The notes beneath the pieces are model-generated. The model made no database searches. It saw only the letters and a list, made by a program, of their open reading frames with translations, and was not told the DNA's origin. 64,000 nt of DNA from NCBI GenBank assembly GCA_964450405.1, contig CAYVCQ010000015.1, forward strand, positions 12,327-76,326, read 5' to 3'. The position numbers were made by a program, and so were the translations under genes. The DNA is from an uncultured Leptospirales bacterium (lineage in GTDB: Bacteria > Spirochaetota > UBA4802 > UBA5550). Shown here in pieces: positions 36,597 through 46,413 of the stretch; within the stretch, counting starts at the first letter, position 1; each line of letters opens with the position of its first letter.

Positions 36597-37013
36597 TTTA
36601 GCCCATGGATTGAAAATCGGGATATCTGCATATTTGAAATCACTCTCATTTCTGGTTACCAGGGTCATGTTATTTGTATAGGTAATAGCGGCTATTAAAC
36701 TGTCAATGGAAGGCATTGTTGATCCGGCTTTTTCAGCTTTTCCCTGCATCTCTCCCCAGTTCTCGGCAACAGTTAAATCAATAGTAAGAATTCTTTCTTT
36801 ATATTCTTCTAAAAGCATATTCAGCCAGTTTGTGAGTTTTTCTTTTTTTCTGGAGGATGGCATCCTTGATAATCCCTTTCTTATTTCACCAATTGTAATG
36901 ACGCTTAAAAATAGCGATTGGGAGGGTTCATTCTCTATCCATTGTATTACTTTTTTTTCAGGTGCGGGTTTAATTATTTCCGATATAACACAGGTATCAA
37001 GCAGATATTTCAA
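36594..37013 (-). CDS. vapC: VapC/FitB-type PIN-domain toxin
   Basis: MKYLLDTCVISE...ITIGEIRKGL...SIDSLIAAITYTNNMTLVTRNESDF carries the PIN acidic residues. 4-nt overlap with the antitoxin gene. Confidence 0.85.
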   Translation of the reverse strand: MKYLLDTCVISEIIKPAPEKKVIQWIENEPSQSLFLSVITIGEIRKGLSRMPSSRKKEKLTNWLNMLLEEYKERILTIDLTVAENWGEMQGKAEKAGSTMPSIDSLIAAITYTNNMTLVTRNESDFKYADIPIFNPWAK

Positions 37014-37261
37014 AATTCAATTCTCCTTGAGTTGTCCTTCTGTCTTTCAAGTTTAAAATCTTTATCCATTTTCGGACAGCTGAGAAGAAACTCTTTAAAG
37101 CCGGGTTTATTTGAGGTCAGTTTTTCATATTCTTCGACAGATATAACCACCACGGTCTCATCACCCCTTCTGGTTATAAACTGAGGTCCCCCGGTTAATG
37201 CATCTTTTACCAATTTGCTGAACTGGCTTTTTGCATCCTGAAGTTTCCATATAGTTTTCAT
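37010..37261 (-). CDS. Phd/YefM-type antitoxin
   Basis: Start chosen at the internal ATG (MKTIWKLQDAKSQFSKLVKDAL..GPQFITRRGDETVVVISVEEYEKL), the typical Phd/YefM N-terminus. Confidence 0.8.
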   Translation of the reverse strand: MKTIWKLQDAKSQFSKLVKDALTGGPQFITRRGDETVVVISVEEYEKLTSNKPGFKEFLLSCPKMDKDFKLERQKDNSRRIEF

Positions 37262-37327
37262 AATATATCCCATGTGTTTTGATCTAGTCAGACTAGTCAG
37301 ATTGATGGTGCATGTCAATTAAATTTT

Positions 37328-37602
37328 TGAAAATAAGTATACCGGAAACCATAGAAGCAAATTATTTTTTAGGGTATAAATCCTCACTGTCATTCCGGCT
37401 GGAGCGAGAGCGGAATGCCGGAATCTCATAGGCAGTATTTTATTACAAGGAATGAGTGTTCTGTACATAAAATTACTGTATGAGATTCCGGTATTCGCAA
37501 AAACTGAAGCTGCGAAACCGGAATGACAACATTGAAGTTAAATATTAAACAATAAAAAAGTATATCCCCCCTGAAAATAAGTATACCGAAAACCATGGAA
37601 GC
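37328..37602. mobile_element. Palindromic cattccgg-type element (37389-37527) flanked by 31-nt direct repeats
   Basis: Arms gtcattccggctggagcgagagcggaatgccggaatctcata and tatgagattccggtattcgc...gaaaccggaatgac. Direct repeats tgaaaataagtataccgGaaaccatAgaagc (37328-37358) and 37572-37602 match at 29/31. Confidence 0.55.
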
Positions 37603-37727
37603 TGTAGTCGGTGTTAATTGATTTAGATGTGATAACTGTTCATTAATAATATTCTTGACAGATGCCGTATTGAATGAAGAATTTAATGGTACATGATTTT
37701 AAGATTAAAGTATCTCTGGAGTTTTCC

Positions 37728-38621
37728 ATGACTTTTGAAATTTTTCTACAGCACCTGTCAAACGCGGTTTCACTAGGAAGTCTCTATGCATTGATTGCAA
37801 TAGGCTACACAATGGTGTATGGTATACTTAGACTTATAAATTTTGCACATGGCGATATCTTTATGCTTGGCGGATATTTTGCCTTTTACGCACTGACTAC
37901 TTTTCTGATGCCATGGTGGGTCGGATTTATTGTTGCAATAGGTTTAACCGCAATTTTCGGTATGTCAATCGAAAAGGTTGCCTATAGGCCGCTCCGCGAT
38001 TCCCCGAAGGTATCTGTTCTTATATCAGCAATCGGAGTTTCTTTTCTTATAGAGAGTCTCGGTGTAGTGCTCTTCGGCGGCATTCAGAAGGCATTCCCTA
38101 TTCCGGAACTCTTCGGAAAAGTTATGAAGATCGGAAATATTTTTATTGTCAGTGTTAACTTTTTTATCCCGGTAATTGCCTTTGTTTTTCTTGTGGGGCT
38201 TATGTATCTGATAAACAAAACAAAAACCGGTATGGCTATGCGTGCTCTTTCCCGTGATCATGAAACTGCAAGACTTATGGGGATAGATGTTGATAAAGTA
38301 ATCTCGTATACATTCGGACTCGGGTCTCTCCTCGCTGCAGTAGGCGGAATTATGTGGGGAATGAAGTATCCGCAGCTCTATCCGCTTATGGGAGTTATGC
38401 CCGGATTAAAATGCTTTATAGCTGCAGTAGTTGGAGGTATCGGAAATATTACCGGTGCTGTTCTCGGCGGACTGATAATCGGTATTCTTGAAATCATGAC
38501 AGTTGCATTTCTTCCGGATCTCACGGGGTATAGAGATGCATTTGCATTTATTCTGCTTATAATTATACTCCTCGTTAAGCCCACCGGTTTAATGGGTGAA
38601 AACCTTGCTGAGAAGGTTTGA
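37728..38621 (+). CDS. livH: Branched-chain amino-acid ABC transporter permease
   Basis: Start at the ATG with GGAG 8 nt upstream. LGSLYALIAIGYTMVYGILRLINFAHGD is a LivH signature. Confidence 0.9.
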   Translation: MTFEIFLQHLSNAVSLGSLYALIAIGYTMVYGILRLINFAHGDIFMLGGYFAFYALTTFLMPWWVGFIVAIGLTAIFGMSIEKVAYRPLRDSPKVSVLISAIGVSFLIESLGVVLFGGIQKAFPIPELFGKVMKIGNIFIVSVNFFIPVIAFVFLVGLMYLINKTKTGMAMRALSRDHETARLMGIDVDKVISYTFGLGSLLAAVGGIMWGMKYPQLYPLMGVMPGLKCFIAAVVGGIGNITGAVLGGLIIGILEIMTVAFLPDLTGYRDAFAFILLIIILLVKPTGLMGENLAEKV

Positions 38622-38622
38622 T

Positions 38623-39681
38623 ATGGAAAGAGAAAAGTTTATTAAAAGAATTCTTACTGTTTCGGCAGTTTCAATTGCAGTTGGTCTTCTTGTACTGTTT
38701 AACTTTATTTTTGATTCATATATGCTGCGGATAATAAATCTTGCGGGAATATATATCACTCTTGCACTCAGCCTTAATCTTATATATGGATTTACAGGTC
38801 TCTTCTCTCTTGGCCACGCCGGATTCATGGCGGTGGGTGCGTATACGACTGCGCTGCTCACAATGTCCCCTGCGCAGAAGGAGATGAACTTTTTCCTTCA
38901 GCCTATTGTTCCATGGCTTGCCAACGTTGAGTGGAGTTTTTTTCCTGCGCTGATGATGGGGGGAGTTATGGCCGCGCTGTTCGGTTTTTTAATTGGAGCA
39001 CCGGCTTTGAAACTGAAGGATGATTATCTTGCAATTGCTACACTCGGTTTTGCGGAGATTATAAGAATATTTTTTACAAATATGCAGAGTGTAACAAACG
39101 GACCTCTCGGCCTTAAGGGGCTTCCTCCATACACCAATATCTGGTGGACATGGGGTATTGCCTTTGTTTCAATTTTATTCATGGTGTATCTTTTTAAAGG
39201 GAGTTACGGGAGAGCCTTTAAGGCTATCAGAGAAGATGAAGTTGCTGCGGAGGCCATGGGGATAAATCTTTTCAGGCACAAAATGCTTTCATTTACAATC
39301 GGTTCCTTTATGGCTGGAGTTGGCGGTGGTTTACTTGGTAATCTTATGGGGACTATTGATCCGTTGATGTTCCGCTTTCTTCTTGCATTCAATATCCTTC
39401 TAATAGTTGTACTTGGCGGGATGGGAAGTATTACCGGTACTGTTATCTCAGGTATAGTGATTACCGTTCTCATGGAATACCTCAGATTTCTTGACGGTCC
39501 CATTGACATGTTTATTTTTAAAACAAATGGAATTCCGGGACTCCGGATGGTTATTTTTTCAATCATGCTTATGGTTTGTATTCTCTTTTTTCAGAAGGGG
39601 ATTATGGGAAACAGAGAGTTCTCGTGGGATTTTCTTTTTAAACCGGGCAGATTCAGAAAGAACAGTGTTGAGGGTGAATAA
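38623..39681 (+). CDS. livM: Branched-chain amino-acid ABC transporter permease
   Basis: ATG 1 nt after the livH stop. LSLNLIYGFTGLFSLGHAGFMAVGAY is a LivM signature. Confidence 0.9.
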   Translation: MEREKFIKRILTVSAVSIAVGLLVLFNFIFDSYMLRIINLAGIYITLALSLNLIYGFTGLFSLGHAGFMAVGAYTTALLTMSPAQKEMNFFLQPIVPWLANVEWSFFPALMMGGVMAALFGFLIGAPALKLKDDYLAIATLGFAEIIRIFFTNMQSVTNGPLGLKGLPPYTNIWWTWGIAFVSILFMVYLFKGSYGRAFKAIREDEVAAEAMGINLFRHKMLSFTIGSFMAGVGGGLLGNLMGTIDPLMFRFLLAFNILLIVVLGGMGSITGTVISGIVITVLMEYLRFLDGPIDMFIFKTNGIPGLRMVIFSIMLMVCILFFQKGIMGNREFSWDFLFKPGRFRKNSVEGE

Positions 39682-39683
39682 TT

Positions 39684-40445
39684 ATGTATATGCTGCGTAC
39701 TGATAATATAACAATGAAGTTCGGCGGACTTACCGCTGTTTCAAAACTAAATCTTGAAATTAAACAGAACGAAATAGTGGGCCTTATCGGACCTAATGGT
39801 GCTGGTAAAACCACTGCCTTTAATATGATAACAAGTCAGTATACCCCCACAGAGGGATCAATCTACTTTAACAATGAAGATATTACCTCCCATAGACCCT
39901 ATGAAATAACAAGGCTTGGAATAGCCCGTACATTTCAGAACATAAAACTGTTCAAAGAGATGACTGTACTGGAAAATGTTCTGGTGGGGAATCATCTCCG
40001 TGTAAGGTCGCCGCTTATAATGTCTGTTCTGCGATCTCCGCGATACAGACGGGAAGAGAAGCATATGATTGAAAAATCTATGAATCTTCTTGTTGACCTG
40101 GGACTGGATGATAGCATTAACGAAAAAGCCTTTTCCCTTCCATACGGAAAACAGAGAAGACTTGAAATTGCAAGAGCACTCGCTACAGATCCGAAACTCC
40201 TGCTGCTTGATGAACCGGCGGCCGGTATGAATCCCCAGGAATCTATTGAGCTTATGAATTTTATTCATGAAATAAGGGATAAATTTGATCTTACGATTTT
40301 CCTCATCGAACATACCATGCAGGTTGTCATGGGGGTTTGTGAGAGGATATATGTTCTTGATTATGGCGTTACAATAGCCGAAGGTAATCCCTATGATATA
40401 CAGAATAATCCTAAAGTTATCGAAGCGTACCTGGGGGTTAACTAA
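39684..40445 (+). CDS. livG: Branched-chain amino-acid ABC transporter ATP-binding protein
   Basis: Walker A GPNGAGKTT, signature YGKQRRLEIARAL, Walker B LLLDEPAAG. Confidence 0.9.
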   Translation: MYMLRTDNITMKFGGLTAVSKLNLEIKQNEIVGLIGPNGAGKTTAFNMITSQYTPTEGSIYFNNEDITSHRPYEITRLGIARTFQNIKLFKEMTVLENVLVGNHLRVRSPLIMSVLRSPRYRREEKHMIEKSMNLLVDLGLDDSINEKAFSLPYGKQRRLEIARALATDPKLLLLDEPAAGMNPQESIELMNFIHEIRDKFDLTIFLIEHTMQVVMGVCERIYVLDYGVTIAEGNPYDIQNNPKVIEAYLGVN

Positions 40446-41153
40446 ATGCTGAAAATTAAAGATCTCTATGTAAATTACGGCGGAATCAAAGCTCTTAAGG
40501 GAATTACAATAAGTGTTCCAGATGGAAAAATTATCACCCTCATCGGCGGCAATGGAGCAGGTAAAAGTACAACACTCCGTGCATCTATCGGACTTGTAAA
40601 ACCTGCAGGAGGATCGATACTATATAATGATCAGGACCTCACAGGGGTTAAAACAAAAGATATCGTAACCAAAGGACTGGTGCTTGTACCTGAGGGACGC
40701 AAGGTATTCTCCAATCTTACAATACATGAAAATCTTGTTCTTGGGTCGTATGCAAGAAAAGATAAACTTGAAATAGAGAAAGACAGAGAGAAGGTGCTCA
40801 CCCTTTTCCCTAGACTTGCTGAAAGACTTAAACAGAAAGCGGGAACTCTTTCCGGCGGAGAGCAGCAGATGCTTGCCGTGGGACGTGCAATTATGACTAA
40901 ACCGAAACTTCTGATGATGGACGAACCGTCACTGGGTCTTGCCCCGCTGATAGTAAAAAACATTTTTGAGATAATAAAGGATATCAATAAACTCGGTGTA
41001 ACAATTCTTCTTATTGAACAGAATGCTAAAGCCGCACTTGAAATTGCAGATTACGGATACGTAATGGAAACCGGAAATATCGTAATGGAAGGCCCGGGAA
41101 ATGATCTGCTGAATAATGAAGATATTAAAAAGGCCTATTTGGGAATTGCTTAA
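40446..41153 (+). CDS. livF: Branched-chain amino-acid ABC transporter ATP-binding protein
   Basis: Walker A GGNGAGKST, signature LSGGEQQMLAVGRA, Walker B LMMDEPSLGL. Confidence 0.9.
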   Translation: MLKIKDLYVNYGGIKALKGITISVPDGKIITLIGGNGAGKSTTLRASIGLVKPAGGSILYNDQDLTGVKTKDIVTKGLVLVPEGRKVFSNLTIHENLVLGSYARKDKLEIEKDREKVLTLFPRLAERLKQKAGTLSGGEQQMLAVGRAIMTKPKLLMMDEPSLGLAPLIVKNIFEIIKDINKLGVTILLIEQNAKAALEIADYGYVMETGNIVMEGPGNDLLNNEDIKKAYLGIA

Positions 41154-41182
41154 GCAGAATATCCGATAAATAAAAAAATGAA

Positions 41183-42229
41183 ATGATTAAAAAAAATGAA
41201 AGATCAATACTCATAATTTATACTGGCGGAACTATAGGGATGATTCAGGACCCGGCAACAGGTTTATATAATCCCTATAGTTTTCAGAACATAATAGATG
41301 AAGTTCCCGAGATTAAAAGATTCGGCTACAATTTTTCCTCAGTCGAATTTGATACGCCTATAGATTCGTCCAGCATAACTCCATCAGCATGGATAAAGCT
41401 TGCAGAGATAATTAAAGAAAACTACAAAAAGTTTGATGGATTTGTAATACTTCACGGCACCGATACCATGGCTTTTACAGCATCGGCTCTAAGTTTTATG
41501 CTGGAAAATCTTTCAAAACCGGTAATACTCACCGGGTCTCAGCTTCCGATAAATATTCTCCGGACCGATGGAAAAGAAAATCTTATTTCATCAATTGAAA
41601 TTGCCGCTGCGGAAATTAATGGCATGGCGGCCGTTCCCGAGGTCTGCATCTATTTTGAGTTTAAACTCTACAGAGGGAACCGGACAAAAAAGCGCAGTGC
41701 GGAAAATTTTAATGCATTTGAATCTCCCAATATAACACCTCTGGCTGAAGCGGGAATTCATATCAGCTACAATCATCAGTTGATAAGAAAAAAATCACTA
41801 CACGTTAAAGATTTAAAACTTAATCTCTCCATCGATTCAAATATTGCAATATTGAAAATTTTTCCGGGAATTCATCCCGAGATTGTCCGTGCAATGGTAA
41901 ACATTCCAGGTCTTCGTGCTTTGATTATGGAAACATATGGTTCAGGTAATGCACCGGCCGATAGCGAGTTTCTGGAAATTATTTCTTCGGGTGCAAAACG
42001 CGGCCTGGTTATCGTTAATGTAACACAGTGCAGCTCAGGCAGTGTTGAGATGGAGAGATACAGTACAGGGAGTAATCTTAAAAAAATAGGTGTTATCAGC
42101 GGTTACGATATCACGACTGAGGCAGCTGTGACGAAAATGATGGTGCTGCTGGGTAAATATACAGATAAAGAAAAAGTAAAAAAATACTTTCAGACAGATC
42201 TTGCCGGAGAGATGTCTACTTCGATTTGA
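41183..42229 (+). CDS. ansA: Type I (cytoplasmic) L-asparaginase
   Basis: ILIIYTGGTIGM and HGTDTMAFTASALSF catalytic motifs. Confidence 0.9.
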   Translation: MIKKNERSILIIYTGGTIGMIQDPATGLYNPYSFQNIIDEVPEIKRFGYNFSSVEFDTPIDSSSITPSAWIKLAEIIKENYKKFDGFVILHGTDTMAFTASALSFMLENLSKPVILTGSQLPINILRTDGKENLISSIEIAAAEINGMAAVPEVCIYFEFKLYRGNRTKKRSAENFNAFESPNITPLAEAGIHISYNHQLIRKKSLHVKDLKLNLSIDSNIAILKIFPGIHPEIVRAMVNIPGLRALIMETYGSGNAPADSEFLEIISSGAKRGLVIVNVTQCSSGSVEMERYSTGSNLKKIGVISGYDITTEAAVTKMMVLLGKYTDKEKVKKYFQTDLAGEMSTSI

Positions 42230-42280
42230 ATAAAACATTTCAGCTCATTCCGGAATGTTGGTATAATTAACATTCCTATA

Positions 42281-42608
42281 TCCCCCTGTCCCCCAGAGGG
42301 GGCACGCATGAGGGGAATTATTAGTGAATTTATGAATCATAGCAATATTAAAACACCTGCTTATATCGTTGAGCTTGCAAAAGATTTTCGAAACAACATG
42401 ACCGTGTCAGAAGAAATATTATGGTCAGTACTTCGAATGAACCAGGGATGAATTCCTGATGAGTATTGGAATCGATACATTGCTGATTAAAGATGAAGAT
42501 GGATTGAATAATATTGGAATTGTAAAAGAAATGATAAGAATAAAACTAACAGCGATATAACTGATAGACTTGGTGCCCCCTCCGGGGGATAGGGGGCAGG
42601 AAGGTTTG
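42281..42608 (+). mobile_element. DUF559-endonuclease element bounded by GC-rich terminal inverted repeats
   Basis: Left end tccccctgtcccccagagggggcac. Right end gtgccccctccgggggatagggggcaggaaggtttg, identical to 1253-1288. Sits inside an outer 12+ bp inverted repeat (42250-42270 / 42616-42639). Confidence 0.6.
42308..42560 (+). pseudogene. Internally deleted DUF559 (Vsr/PD-(D/E)XK-like) endonuclease gene
   Basis: N-terminal piece MRGIISEFMNHSNIKTPAYIVELAKDFRNNMTVSEEILWSVLRMNQG* (42308-42451). Out-of-frame C-terminal piece SIGIDTLLIKDEDGLNNIGIVKEMIRIKLTAI* ending at 42560. The catalytic core is missing. Confidence 0.6.
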
Positions 42609-42660
42609 AATTAAATTAATTATTATCCCAACATTCCGGTAAGAGCCATATAATTCAATC

Positions 42661-43356
42661 TTAAAACTTTTTCCTCAAATCTGCTATCAGATCTTCCGTA
42701 GTTTTGAACCTGTTTAAAAACTCCAGTGTTTTTATCGTAGGCATTACCAGTTTGATTTTACCGGTTCTGTAACTCTGCAGCGCATCTTCAGGTGTCATCC
42801 ACTGAAAATCTACAAGCTCATCTCCATCATGAGAAATCTCCTGATTCTCCGGTGCGGCTGCAGCAAAGAATCTGGCATCATAGCGTATCGGGAAAAGTAC
42901 CGGAGTAATCCATCTGCTTATATAAAAGAATTTATCTACAGCTGGTAAAAGGTTTTCCTTCATCAGCATATCACGGAATGATATCTTCTTTTCAAAAACA
43001 TCTCTCCGGTATAGAGCAAATTTCTTAATAGATTTTTCATTATTGATTTGCGGATAGTTTCCATTACGGTCAACTGCAAATAGTAGTCCCGATTCTTCAA
43101 ATGTTTCCCGGATTCCGCAGAGTATATATCCATAGTAATCTTTTAAATTACCGTCAAAATCTTTAAGATAATTAGTGCTTTGATTTTCGGGGAATTCAAA
43201 ATCATAATCCTGGTCATCAAATGCACCACCGGGGAAAACATGATAATCAGGGAGGAATCTGTCTTCAAGATGTCTCAGCATTAGAAGAACTTCAATTGTT
43301 CCGTGGTTGTTTTTAACTATGGAAACGGTTGCGGCTTTTCTTGGTTTAATAAACAT
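42661..43356 (-). CDS. NUDIX hydrolase
   Basis: NUDIX box GGAFDD...CGIRETFEESGLLF. Confidence 0.8.
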   Translation of the reverse strand: MFIKPRKAATVSIVKNNHGTIEVLLMLRHLEDRFLPDYHVFPGGAFDDQDYDFEFPENQSTNYLKDFDGNLKDYYGYILCGIRETFEESGLLFAVDRNGNYPQINNEKSIKKFALYRRDVFEKKISFRDMLMKENLLPAVDKFFYISRWITPVLFPIRYDARFFAAAAPENQEISHDGDELVDFQWMTPEDALQSYRTGKIKLVMPTIKTLEFLNRFKTTEDLIADLRKKF

Positions 43357-44247
43357 TTATATTATTCTTAGTTCATCAAGTATTGTGACAAAATCATAAC
43401 CGAAATTTTTCTTAACATGTTTTTCTAAAGCAGTCACGTTATTTAATCTTTTTGATGCGTTATGCGCGTTGTAAATAATTTTTTTTATACTATGAATTGA
43501 ACAGATATCTCCATATGCCATATATAGTTTAAATGCATGATCAAATACCGAGATAACTTTTTTATAATTTTTTTGCGCTGTATATATTTCACTAATTTCG
43601 GTGCAGGCTTCAAGAATTGTTTTCACATTGGTTGTTTCAGATTCAATATTATCTTCATATGGATGAATCTTTATAACTTTAAGATATAAGCTCAAAGCTG
43701 CTTCTTTATCGTTTAAATTATACTGATAGATATATCCAAGCCTGTAAAGAGCTGATATATATTTGTCATTAAGCATGATTGCGTTATTATAGGCATTGAT
43801 TACAAAAAGCGGATCTTTTCTTACTGAAAAATTTGCACCCAGCATAAACCATGCTTTAGGTGAGAGTGTTTTGCTGTTCTTCAGCTCCTCAGCTTTAGTT
43901 TGTGCTTTATACTCGCTTTCATTCATAGCAGATAGACGTTCAACAAAAAGATTCTGCAGTTTTATTGCTTTTTTTATATATTTTTTATTACCGGAGTATT
44001 TTATTATTTCGTTAAATGTCTCCATGGTGAGTTCTTCATATTCAGCTTCAGATGTGAGAAAAGCAAGTCTTTCATATACCTGTGCGGTAATTAGAATAAG
44101 CTCAGGGGCATCATATCCATGATGTCTGAGTCTGGTAAGAATCGTGAGAGCTTCATGAAGACGGTTTTTTTTGTAGAAGCTTTTTGCCTGTCTAAAGCTT
44201 CTATTGAAATTCAGCCCGATTTTATTGTAGCTTTTTATAGAGTTCAT
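43357..44247 (-). CDS. TPR-repeat protein
   Basis: Helical repeat pattern (AWFMLGANFSVRKDPLFVINAYNNAIMLNDKYISALYRLGYIYQ). Directly abuts the NUDIX gene. Confidence 0.6.
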   Translation of the reverse strand: MNSIKSYNKIGLNFNRSFRQAKSFYKKNRLHEALTILTRLRHHGYDAPELILITAQVYERLAFLTSEAEYEELTMETFNEIIKYSGNKKYIKKAIKLQNLFVERLSAMNESEYKAQTKAEELKNSKTLSPKAWFMLGANFSVRKDPLFVINAYNNAIMLNDKYISALYRLGYIYQYNLNDKEAALSLYLKVIKIHPYEDNIESETTNVKTILEACTEISEIYTAQKNYKKVISVFDHAFKLYMAYGDICSIHSIKKIIYNAHNASKRLNNVTALEKHVKKNFGYDFVTILDELRII

Positions 44248-44434
44248 TTTTCTCTTGCTGTCTGATTCTGTTTTTATTTATACAATCGGATAATATAAAC
44301 TATTACTTAAAAATATCAATGAGAAATATCAATTAAATGTATTTTTAATGTAAAAGCTGAAAAAGAGCCCAAACTCAGTGGACTGACTTGCACCCACATT
44401 TTAAATAGCAATTAAATATTTGACTAAACCTCTT

Positions 44435-44546
44435 GGCCCCCGCACCCCCGGAGGGGGCAAGGCAATATTGATAAAAAACAAAGAATTTTATTTATTAAGA
44501 TGACGAATTCTACATTCAAGTCCCCCTCCGGGGGATTTAGGGGGCC
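44435..44546. repeat. Miniature GC-rich TIR element related to the DUF559-element ends
   Basis: ggcccccgcacccccggagggggcaagg and agtccccctccgggggatttagggggcc are inverted repeats around a 57-nt AT-rich core. Confidence 0.5.
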
Positions 44547-44669
44547 GTTGAAATATAATTAAAATCAGCCTGGTGGGTCAAATATGAATGACTGCTTTTT
44601 GATATTTACCTAAACATTTTGAAATCCAGACTATCTTGTATATATTGATACAAAAGAGCGAATTATAAT

Positions 44670-45077
44670 ATGGATATCATACCTGAAATATATGCCAGAC
44701 CTGATAAAACCGGATCTGAATTTTTCGGTACGGATTTTACTGCCGAGTCATATGCCGGGGAGGAGATTGACGGAAAATGGGTCAGATGCCGGGTGTGTAA
44801 CTATAAAATTGCGCTCCTTTCTGACAAAATAGTCATTAATAAATCTGATAATCATATATTTAAAAATCCATCGGGAATTTATTATAGATTAATATGCTTT
44901 TCTGCTGCTCCGGGATCTATAAATATTTCAGAATATACTTCAGAATATTCCTGGTTTTCAGGATACTCATGGAGTATTTCACTTTGCCGTTCATGTAATA
45001 GCCATCTTGGATGGCATTATGATTCCGGATCAGCAGAATTTTATGGTTTAATCGCCGACAGACTCACCGGAATATAA
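44670..45077 (+). CDS. Bacterial cereblon-isoform / CULT-domain protein
   Basis: CxxC pairs (CRVC, CRSC). FKNPSGIYYRLICFSAAPG, EYSWFSGYSWSISLCRSCNSHLGWHY and FYGLIADRL match my recollection of the Magnetospirillum MsCI4 CULT domain, including the three pocket Trp. Confidence 0.8.
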   Translation: MDIIPEIYARPDKTGSEFFGTDFTAESYAGEEIDGKWVRCRVCNYKIALLSDKIVINKSDNHIFKNPSGIYYRLICFSAAPGSINISEYTSEYSWFSGYSWSISLCRSCNSHLGWHYDSGSAEFYGLIADRLTGI

Positions 45078-45243
45078 AAAATACTTTACTCAATAGAACA
45101 GGGGAGTCATAATAACATATAACCAGTAATTGTTCATAAGATGGTGTTTAATTTGTTTCGCCTGCGGTTTTTGAGCAGTGGCTATAACTTCACTTGAAGG
45201 TTTTGCAGCAAATTTTAACAGGATTTAATAAATAGAAATAATA

Positions 45244-46410
45244 ATGATAACAAACGATAAAAAATTAAAAATTCTAATAATAAATTACGAGTTCCCTCCG
45301 CTCGGCGGCGGAGGAGGTGTTGCAACTTATGATCTTGCCGTAGAATGGGAAAAACATGCCCAGGTGGATGTTTTAACTTCAAATTTCCATGGATTGAGTT
45401 CATATGAAAATGTAAAAGGAATCAATGTTCACAGATCAAGGATTTTCTTCAGGAAATCCCGTGATGCAGCAACGTTTATATCAATGCTTTCATTTTTAAT
45501 CACCGGTTTTAGTATTGGATTAAATCTCTGCAGAAAAAACAGATATGATGTAATCAATACTCACTTTGCTGTCCCCTCGGGACCGCTTGGATATATTCTG
45601 GGTAAGATGTTCAGGATCCCCAATGTACTTTCGCTTCATGGCGGAGATATTTACGATCCGAGTAAAAAGATGTCCCCTCATAAAAGTATAATTTTCAGCC
45701 GTGTTGTAAAATTCATACTTAACAAAGCTGACAGAATAGTTGCACAGTCCAGTAACACAAGAGATAACACAATTACATATTATAAACCTGATAAAGAGGT
45801 GGAAATAATTCCTCTTGCATTTCATCCTCCAGTAATAGTAAAAAGCAGCAGAGACAAACTGGGGCTTGATAAAGATTCTTTTTATTTTATAACAATCGGG
45901 CGATTGATTAAAAGAAAATCAATAGATACAATGATCAGGGCTATGTCCGGTGTGAATAATAAAAAGATTAAACTTCTGATTGTCGGAGACGGACCGGAAA
46001 TGGATTATCTCCGGGATCTGACTCTAGGTCTTAATCTTGATGAAAGAATAAAATTTCCGGGATATATTGCGGATGATGAAAAATACAGCTATCTTGTAAA
46101 TTCAGATGCATTTATATTAACCTCTCTCCACGAAGGATTCGGTATTGTGTTCATGGAGGCAATGTTTATCGGGCTTCCGATAGTCTGTACCAATCATGGC
46201 GGGCAGGTTGATTTTCTGAAACAGAATCAGAATGCTCTTTTTATAAATGTGGGAGATGTTGAGTCCTGTTCAAAAAGCATGATGAAAATTTATAAAGACA
46301 GTGAATTGTATAAATTGATGTCAAAGAATAATAAGAAAAAGGTGAAAGACTTCTATGCTGAAAATGTTGCGGCAAAGTATCTTAAAATTTTTTATGAGAT
46401 TAAGAAATAA
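45244..46410 (+). CDS. Family 4 (GT-B) glycosyltransferase
   Basis: EFPPLGGGGGV N-terminal motif and EGFGIVFMEAMFIGLPIVCTNHGG (E-x7-E region). Confidence 0.85.
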   Translation: MITNDKKLKILIINYEFPPLGGGGGVATYDLAVEWEKHAQVDVLTSNFHGLSSYENVKGINVHRSRIFFRKSRDAATFISMLSFLITGFSIGLNLCRKNRYDVINTHFAVPSGPLGYILGKMFRIPNVLSLHGGDIYDPSKKMSPHKSIIFSRVVKFILNKADRIVAQSSNTRDNTITYYKPDKEVEIIPLAFHPPVIVKSSRDKLGLDKDSFYFITIGRLIKRKSIDTMIRAMSGVNNKKIKLLIVGDGPEMDYLRDLTLGLNLDERIKFPGYIADDEKYSYLVNSDAFILTSLHEGFGIVFMEAMFIGLPIVCTNHGGQVDFLKQNQNALFINVGDVESCSKSMMKIYKDSELYKLMSKNNKKKVKDFYAENVAAKYLKIFYEIKK

Positions 46411-46413
46411 ATT

